This document shows, one piece after another, positions 56,735 to 64,000 of a DNA stretch of 64,000 nt. Every line of letters begins with the position of its first letter. The stretch's first letter is position 1. The notes below the pieces were generated by a model that saw only the letters and a list, made by a program, of their open reading frames with translations, ran no database searches and had not been told where the DNA came from. Source of the DNA: Cladosporium halotolerans (lineage: Eukaryota); assembly GCF_011745625.1 (NCBI RefSeq), contig NW_027191466.1:186001-250000 (forward strand), read 5' to 3'. The position numbers and the translations under genes were made by a program.

Positions 56735-58567
56735 TCACCCCCTCAAAACCCACCAAGCCAACCTAACCGGCCCCCTCAACGGCCAAAACACCACCCCCAA
56801 CACCCCCAACACCGCATCGCACACCCTCCAAACGAGCGTAACTGCCATCAAAACCGCAACGACCTGCCCGACCAGCGACATCAGCACCCTCGACGCCGCG
56901 AGCTTCTCTTCCGCCGAAGCGTCCGGCGACGCCAGCGTCGCGACCATCGCGGGCGTCGGGACGCGGATGTGCACGTGGGCGCTGAGGCGGGTGTGCGCGG
57001 CGCGGAGGCTGCTGAGGAGGAAGGTGAGCAGGGCGATCAGGTGTTGCAGGGGGGATTGGGGAGGTGGGTCTGGGGCTGTGAAGAGAGGGTGCGAGTTGGG
57101 GCTTTGATGTTGCAGGGAGGCGAGGCGTTGGCAGGCGCCGGGCTCGGTCGAGCGATCGCAGCCTAGAGAGCAGGAGCGCGACCCTGCTGCTGCTGCTGTT
57201 GCGAGAGCGTGGTCTGCGGCGCGCCGGAGTTTGGGCATGGGGAGGCTGGCGAGCTCGGGGTGCACGAGGTGCAGTTTCGGCAGCTGGCTGAGGTGCGTGA
57301 TGGGACCGTGGGCGTTCGCGTGTGGTCTCCGCACACCACCACCTCTTCCACCAGAGCCACTGGACCTCCTCGCCGGCGTCCTGGGAGAAGAATACGGCGC
57401 GAACAGCGCCGCGCCGCGCAGCATCTGCTCAGCCCCAGACGTCGCCGTCCCGTCCAAAACCTCCAGACTCGGCGCGCCGCGCCTGATGACCGTCCCCTCT
57501 CGTCTCTTAGGAAAATGCCCCTGAAGCGGCACCGGCCCCGGCACCGCAGCCCTCTTCCTGCCCCTCTCCTGCCCCGCCGCCGAAACCACCCTCCTCCCAC
57601 CACAGCCCCCAGTATCCGCTGGACTCGTCTTCCTCACCCCTCCCCCACCGCCCCTCACACACCGCCTATCCCAGCCCTCGCCGCTCGTCTTCCTCGCCTT
57701 GCTCCTGTAGTGCTCGAACGCGCGGATCTCCTCCGCGCTGCGGCCCGGATACGCGTACGGCTGCGGTTCCCGAGCCGAAGGCATGGGGAGCACGAAGCGG
57801 TCCTCGGCCGCGGGGCCCAGAGGCTTCCTTGCCAGCTGAGCGAGGGCGATCTCGTTCTCGTCCTGGGGAAAAACCGCGCCCACGAGATCAGCCGCGCCGG
57901 CGCTCGCGGTGGCGTCGCTCGCGCGAGGCGACGCCGCCGCAGCAGCAACAGCAACAGCGTCCTCGAGCGCCCAGCCCTGCGCGCCGGCGCGCCAGCGGGC
58001 GCTGATTTTGCGGGCGGAGTTGGCGCGGGTGAGAGCTGGTCTCGCGTGCTGTTCCTCTCCGGCGTCGGGGAGGATGGGCGATCGGTCGAACTGGACTCGT
58101 AGCTTGAGGGCTTCGGCGGGCGACTCGGGCGTCTGGGGCGTCGGGGAGGGCAAGCTGGGGCTGACGAGGCCGGTGCGGGGGTTCGCGGCGCGGGCGGTGA
58201 GGTAGTCGTCGGAGTCCTTCATGCGCATTTTGCGGCGGGTTGGGGTTGGAGTTTGGAGGGTTGGAGGGGGAGGGGGGAGCGCGGGTGTCGTCGTCGTCGT
58301 TGTGATGGTGAGCTGTTTCAGGAGGAGGCTGCGGGCGAGGGATTTGATTCGGAGGGTTCGCGAGGGGTGGTGATTGTTGTTGTTGTTGTTGCTGTTGGTC
58401 GGTTTGAGGCGCCACTTGGGCGGGCAGAGCTCTGGGACTGTTGTTGATTGGGGAGCGGTTGATTGATATTGCGGATTTGCGGTCGAAATGGGTGTTTTCT
58501 TAGGATCCTGTGATTGTGAGTTCTTCGGCGGTGCCTCCAATCTTGCTGATATTGCCATTGAAGCCAT
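56735..58567 (-). CDS. Hypothetical protein (610 aa) with DSDDYLTARAANPRTGLVSPS motif and C-terminal hydrophobic segments
   Basis: Long ORF with GC-rich codons, poly-N/T/P tracts, DRFVLPMPSAREPQPY and a hydrophobic C-terminus. Start uncertain. Confidence 0.7.
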   Translation of the reverse strand: MASMAISARLEAPPKNSQSQDPKKTPISTANPQYQSTAPQSTTVPELCPPKWRLKPTNSNNNNNNHHPSRTLRIKSLARSLLLKQLTITTTTTTPALPPPPPTLQTPTPTRRKMRMKDSDDYLTARAANPRTGLVSPSLPSPTPQTPESPAEALKLRVQFDRSPILPDAGEEQHARPALTRANSARKISARWRAGAQGWALEDAVAVAAAAASPRASDATASAGAADLVGAVFPQDENEIALAQLARKPLGPAAEDRFVLPMPSAREPQPYAYPGRSAEEIRAFEHYRSKARKTSGEGWDRRCVRGGGGGVRKTSPADTGGCGGRRVVSAAGQERGRKRAAVPGPVPLQGHFPKRREGTVIRRGAPSLEVLDGTATSGAEQMLRGAALFAPYSSPRTPARRSSGSGGRGGGVRRPHANAHGPITHLSQLPKLHLVHPELASLPMPKLRRAADHALATAAAAGSRSCSLGCDRSTEPGACQRLASLQHQSPNSHPLFTAPDPPPQSPLQHLIALLTFLLSSLRAAHTRLSAHVHIRVPTPAMVATLASPDASAEEKLAASRVLMSLVGQVVAVLMAVTLVWRVCDAVLGVLGVVFWPLRGPVRLAWWVLRG

Positions 58568-60180
58568 GTTTGCCCGTGGAATGCAGCTCGCTGGCCAGGA
58601 GACGTAGAGAGTGATGTTCAGCTGGGCGTGTCATTATTGCAACGAATACCTACCGTGACTATTTCTCAGAGCGTCTTATCTTCAATAAGAATGTGCCTTC
58701 TTTAACGAAACGATTTTTGAGTTGCTTGCGATCGCAATGGCCACCCAGATTCCAGCTCCATTGTGCCTACTCTTTGCAAACCGGTCACACGACAACGTTG
58801 GGACACTCGCAACATCGCCACTGCCGGAGTCGACTTGCCGAGAATTGGCACATTTCAAAGAGTCCCGCCACGCAGCATACAACACACCGGTCGTCTCGCA
58901 CAGCTCGCGGAATAATCACCAGAAAGTCGTCACGAGCAGCACCCGCAGTAGTGTGGCGGCATCATCGCGGAGGGAGAGGTCCTTTCGATTTGGGGGAGCG
59001 AGGGTCCCACGGAACTGCATGGAAAAGCGTCGCTTGGAGCAGACGACGGAACGACAGTCTTTCTTCGGCCTGGGCGCATTCAACGCTGCAAGGCCCTCCG
59101 GAGCGACCAAGAACGCACAAGCACAGCAATACACAGTAACACACAAGACGCACCCGGGGAGCGGCGACAATTGATAGCGGTGGCCGACGCCGCGAGGCGA
59201 TTAATGCCGCATACCATTTAATGGCGCATTCCGTCGCGGCGTCGCGTGTGCCGAGGGAGAGCACTTTAGGCGGACCGGGCGCGCGTGCGTCTAGCCTGGG
59301 AGCCTGGGTGGGGCCCAGACGGCGCGCCCACCTGCATGGCATGCATGCCGTGCCTGTACCTGACAGGGCAGGACGCCTTCTGCAGCTTCTAGCTCGCCCC
59401 ATCGGCACGACGGCGGCGGCGGCGAGCACGCGCGCGACGCGCGGAAGTGCTTCCTCGACCACGGGCTTTCGCGGTTTGGGTTCAGAGCGAAGAAGGGACC
59501 AGAGAACGGAGAGAAGAGTACTTCGGTACACGATGCGGTGTGGACGGCACGCGAGAGCCGATCGTTGAACGTCTTGGGCGCCTTCAGAGGGACCTCTCCA
59601 CCCACACACACCTCGGCACCGGCGGCTGAAGGCCAGGCGAGACGTCAGCAGAGCTTATCTCATTTTTTCGAAAGAAAATTACCAGCGCAGAGAGATCTGA
59701 GCGCCGCGGTAGCAACAGCGCGCGATCGCAGGAAGACGCATGTGGCGTTCCTGCCAGGAGCCGCGGCACGTCAGAGCCGTAAGGCGCATCTGGTCAGTGG
59801 TATCACTGCAGTGTCATGCCGACGAGGTCCGGCGTCGCACACCAAAGTGCAAGGGACTCGACTGCAACGCTGAGGTTGAGCGCGCTCCAGGGCGGGTAAT
59901 TCAGGACGCGGTCACTTGGCTGCTTACGGCCGGGATGGAGGCCTTCGAACGAACGTGCTTTTTCGACCATTTTCCGGTAGCGCCCTCGCAGAATAATGTC
60001 TGGAGGAATAGTGCCAGCCCTGGCTCTCGCTCGCCCCGACCGAGGCCCACTGAGCAGCCCATCTGCAGGTCAACACGGCAAGCCCACAAAGCGTGAAAGA
60101 CCAGCGGGCTCGTTCTCTGGAGACGCCCGCACGGTTGCAGGGCCCGTGTTGGGAGCCCCACGGGCTCCGCCGGGGGAAGT

Positions 60181-60201
60181 GAGAGAGAGAGAGAGAGAGA
60201 G
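60181..60201. repeat. (GA)10 microsatellite
   Basis: gagagagagagagagagagag read directly. Confidence 0.9.
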
Positions 60202-62601
60202 GGATTTTTTGGCACTTCCGAATACCCACGTAGCGGTGCGAGTGCCGGCCTGGCGTAGATCCGCCAAGACAAACAATGAATCGTAGTCTATCACCGCGAG
60301 TGTATGCATGAGCTGACTACTTGGGCGATGGTCAGGTCAGAACGAGCGGACGGGCCTCTATGCCGCACGCGCTGCCGGTGTGCAGTCATCGTGTTGCAAG
60401 TCATGACGAGAGATGTGTTACGGCGTGGCTGGGAGCCAATGGAGTGTTTGAGGTTATGTGGGCACCCGAAAGCGTGCGATGAGGTCAGAGCAGAGATACC
60501 GACTTCCGAAGGGACGAATGTCCGGATTGGGATACCGAACTAGGAGGGCGACGGCCACGCGAGCACGAGGATGCTGGCGCTCTTTGTTGTTGATATCACA
60601 TTGCGAGGGCTATTGCATGGGGAAAAGGTGGCGGATGGCTGGGGTTGAAAGGGGTAGCTGATCACGGTGGAACTCCGAGTAATGAAACACCAAGCATCGA
60701 GCGCCCAGCATGTGGTGGACTGTCAACCCCATAGCGTCTGCTCCACTAAGGGTATGCTCATCATGCGTGGTGAACACGTCGAAAGGAGTTTGCGACTCCA
60801 AGCCTCCACCCCTCCACACTGGAGATGTAGCAGGCGCTCTCATATATGGGGTTGCGTGAACGCCAATGTCTTGTCTGTCGCAGACTCGCAACGCTGCACG
60901 ACGCAGGGAGGAAGCATATCTCCCCCAGATTGCAGTCTCACGGTAATCAGTCACGTTGTCACACGCGCTGGCACACCGGCGAACAACGGCGTTTCTCCAA
61001 GAAAGCACAGATGGGCGTCGGAGTAGATCGCAATGGCTGCGCCAAGAGAGGGAATTGGCGACTGCACTCGAAGAATACCAAGACGAGAATACTGCACTAC
61101 CAAGCCCTTTAGGAGGCAAAGAAGCTCAAGAGCGTATGTGTATAGGTAGATCGGGACGCGAGTATTCGCGATGCCCAGCCTGGGGAGCCGGACTATTGTC
61201 GTGCTTCCGTATTGTAGGTCAATCAAACATGTTTGACGGACGGGGAGTTTTGGACGGCAGCGAAATGGGCGACACGGTGAGTGTCTGGCTAAATGACATG
61301 ATGTATCACGATCGCGCGGTAAGTGCCTGAAGACGGATGCCCTCGGAGATGCTTCCAGCGGCAATGGATGGTACACAGAGCAGAGTCTTCATGGTGCCGG
61401 GCACGCGAGCGGGAGAAGGTGGACGTGAAACGGTAGCCCGCGCGACAACCATTCATCGCCAGGACTAGGGAACTCTCGCCTTGCGTCGGGGATCAGCTGT
61501 GAGGCTGGGAGCAGAGGCCGAAGCGCGCGATCCTCGGGCTTCGCGCGCGTGTCGAAGTGCCTGCGTTGGAAACCGATCCGAGACTGCCGAGCCCCCGGGG
61601 GTTCTGCGGGAGTATCACTCCAATGGGATCAAACGCGGTGTGCGTGGCAGTTGGGGAGAAGGCGGATAGCGATGGCCAGAGTGTCGTGCGCCGGGCGAGA
61701 GCTGGCTGCGAGACGCCATCGCGGCCATCGCACAGTGCAGGCCAGGCACACGGGCGCAGATAGACGCGCGGGGCGCGAAGTGAGATTGGAGAGCGCTGCT
61801 GACTAGCCCGCCCATGTAATAATTCACTTGCATCGCGCATGAGCAGAAGAGCTTTGGCAGGCGCTGCCGAGGGCGGGCCTCCACAAGACTCGCAGGCCCG
61901 ACGAGGACGCGGTGGTGAGCAGCAACTACTGCGTAACACTGGCGGCTGTCTGTGTGAGGACGGGCAGGGCCGGGTGGCCAATGCCCGGGCGGCAGATTGG
62001 GGTTAGGGAGCGCTGGCGGCGCGATGGGCGAGCTTATTGCCTGCGCGCCGGCTGTTGCCCTGCAGCGACGGCCGTGGTGCTGGATCGCGGCGATGCGAGC
62101 GCTGGCCCAAGGTCAATTTCGCTTGCCTTGGCGCCCGCCGCCGGGGCCAGACGCCCCACCGCGCGCGCATTAAACCTCGACGATGCGCCTAGCGGCCGGC
62201 GCGCAGAGAGATTTGGGTGGGCTGGGAGTGGGCTGCTATTTGCGATGGCCGATGGCTTTGCGGGAGGTGTTGCTGGCCGCGATACGGGCAGGCAGCGCCC
62301 TCGCGACCATATCATTATTGTTGGCGCTGGCTCTGGCACAGGCCCCGGACCATGGGGGAGCGGCGCGCACAGGCTCACTGCTGGCAGCATTGGAGGCTCG
62401 CGATGACGCCCGGGCTGCACGGCCGCAAATCACGGCGCGAGTGGTACTGCAACGGCGACGACACCCGGCTGCTGAAGCGAGCGAGCGATCTCTGCGGCGC
62501 CCACGTCATGACGGCGCCGGGGAGGTGAGGGTGTGCGCGTGGGCGGCGGCGATCACGCTGCGTAAGGCGGCCTCGCAGTCCACCACCCCAGGGCCAGCGC
62601 C

Positions 62602-62636
62602 CCAGCACCCAGCACCTAGCACCTAGCACCTGGCAC
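62602..62636. repeat. 7-bp tandem repeat, five copies (CCAGCAC x2, CTAGCAC x2, CTGGCAC)
   Basis: Read directly, about 690 bp upstream of the PMA1 ATG. Confidence 0.8.
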
Positions 62637-63322
62637 GCAGCAGCCATCCGCGCAGTCAGCCAGGGTCAGCAGCGCAGGCAGAGGCAGATGCACGCCGGAC
62701 GCCCACGCCTCGCCGGGCAGAGGTGCGACACTCATCACTCGCGCGATAAGGGCCCCCCCGCGCGCGCTCATTGGGGCCGGCGGCGCATGGGCGACGGGCT
62801 ACGCGGCAATAGGGTTTGGCGGCGACGGCTGGCGGACACGACGGCACGCAGCAGGCGAATGGCAGTGCCGCTCGCGCCGGCCGGCGTGCTTTTCTTCGGG
62901 CCTTTGCAGGCATCTCCACCCGCCCTCCCCAACCGGCGCGGGCGTGTCTTGCGTGAGGACCGCCCGCTCCCACGACTCGCGCCGCCAGCCGGGGCCGCGA
63001 CCAGAAAATCGCTCAGCCTAAGCAACGGCCAGGGCTCCATCGCGCCGTTAGCTAAGAAATTCTTCGCCGTGCCAGGCCGTTGCGCGAGCCCACAGCTGTC
63101 GGCTGCCCAGCGGTCGCTCCAAATTCCGCTAGCTCCATCCAGCATTAGGCTCGGTTGGGCCCGCTGCAACAGAGCTCGCTCCCGCTGCGCATCCGCTTCT
63201 TTTTCACCAGCTGCCCGTCCGCTTCAAAAGTGCCTCCTCTCCTCTCCTCATCGACAGCACCACGCCAACTCTCTCTGTCATCTCATCTGTAGCGACCATT
63301 CACTTGGGCATCGCTATCCAAG

Positions 63323-64000
63323 ATGGCTGCTCCCCGCGTTAGCTTCGGCGAAAAGGATATGGAGAACGGAGGTGACGGCGCGGCCGAGAGGTACACACCA
63401 CCCACAGCTCCCCGTCGCCCAGCGCCTGCTCGCATTCGACGCCGGTGCAACTCGCCCGCGATTCCCACGACGACTCCAGGCGATCGACCGACGACACCGG
63501 CTCAATGCAGCAGTGCGATGGCACGGCGGGGTTGAACGCGTCTCGCATCCCCTACTAACATCGGCGACAGATCTCGCAAGTGGTCTCAGGCTCCCGGCAA
63601 CATTGAGGATCTCGGTTAGTGGCTATCAACTTCTACTTTGACTGCAACAACTGCTAACGACCGACCAGACGAGTACACTGCTCTGCAGAAGTACATCTCT
63701 ACCTACAGAGATCCCAAGGCTGGCACCCCCGAGGGCCAGGCTGCCGACGCCGCCGACGCTGGCAAGGGCAAGGCCTGGTGGCAGTTCTGGCGCTCTGGCA
63801 ACTCTTCCAAGGCTGCCAGCGGCGACCCCGGTGTCGTCCCCGAGGAGTGGCTCGAGGCCGACATCAAGCAGGGTATCTCCAACAGCGATGTCGAGTCCCG
63901 CCGCAAGCGCTTCGGCTGGAACGAGATCACCACCGAGAAGGAGAACCTGTTCATCAAGTTCCTCGGTTTCTTCACTGGCCCTGTCCTCTATGGTAAGTCT
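63323..64000 (+). CDS. PMA1: Plasma-membrane H+-ATPase, 5' part; exons 63323-63390, 63571-63614, 63669-63992, continuing beyond the window
   Basis: Spliced MAAPRVSFGEKDMENG..ER-SRKWSQAPGNIEDL-DEYTALQKYISTYRDP..VPEEWLEADIKQGISNSDVESRRKRFGWNEITTEKENLFIKFLGFFTGPVLY. Confidence 0.93.

Noticed and set aside
62688..63641. 317-aa ORF overlapping the PMA1 promoter and first exons
   Set aside because: Different frame from PMA1, runs through its intron 1 into intron 2, and has low complexity from high GC.

Overview
Gene-dense (about 27 protein genes), GC-rich filamentous ascomycete DNA with short GT-AG introns and CTRAY branch sites. The style suggests a Dothideomycete, possibly Mycosphaerellales; this is inference only. 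The left end (1-12.8 kb) is an accessory catabolic or nutrient-scavenging block: a Baeyer-Villiger/FMO monooxygenase, an NtaA/DszA-type luciferase-like monooxygenase, three MFS transporters and a TauD/CSL dioxygenase, interrupted by TIM21. The rest is mostly core genes: ACB1, an AlcS/GPR1-FUN34 transporter, LAP1, LEU1, FOX2, a P450, a Yrb2/RanBP3-like protein, GGCT, MRP21, SNU71, TenA, an RlpA/expansin-like protein, a SET3-like protein, LTA4H and the 5' end of PMA1. I saw no rRNA, tRNA, CRISPR or recognisable transposon. Highlights: (1) a spliceosomal twin intron (stwintron, [D1,2]/[A2,3]) needed to rebuild the GGMEN motif of LTA4H; (2) a locus at 43.2-46.1 kb with two in-frame TAG codons that interrupt otherwise continuous coding sequence, candidates for A-to-I stop-loss editing or readthrough; (3) an unannotated-looking protein with D-box, KEN box and a Sororin-like C-terminus; (4) a candidate sulfur-regulated oxygenase/transporter cluster; (5) plausible FarA, LeuB and CreA motif clusters. 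All family calls come from motif recognition, not database searches.
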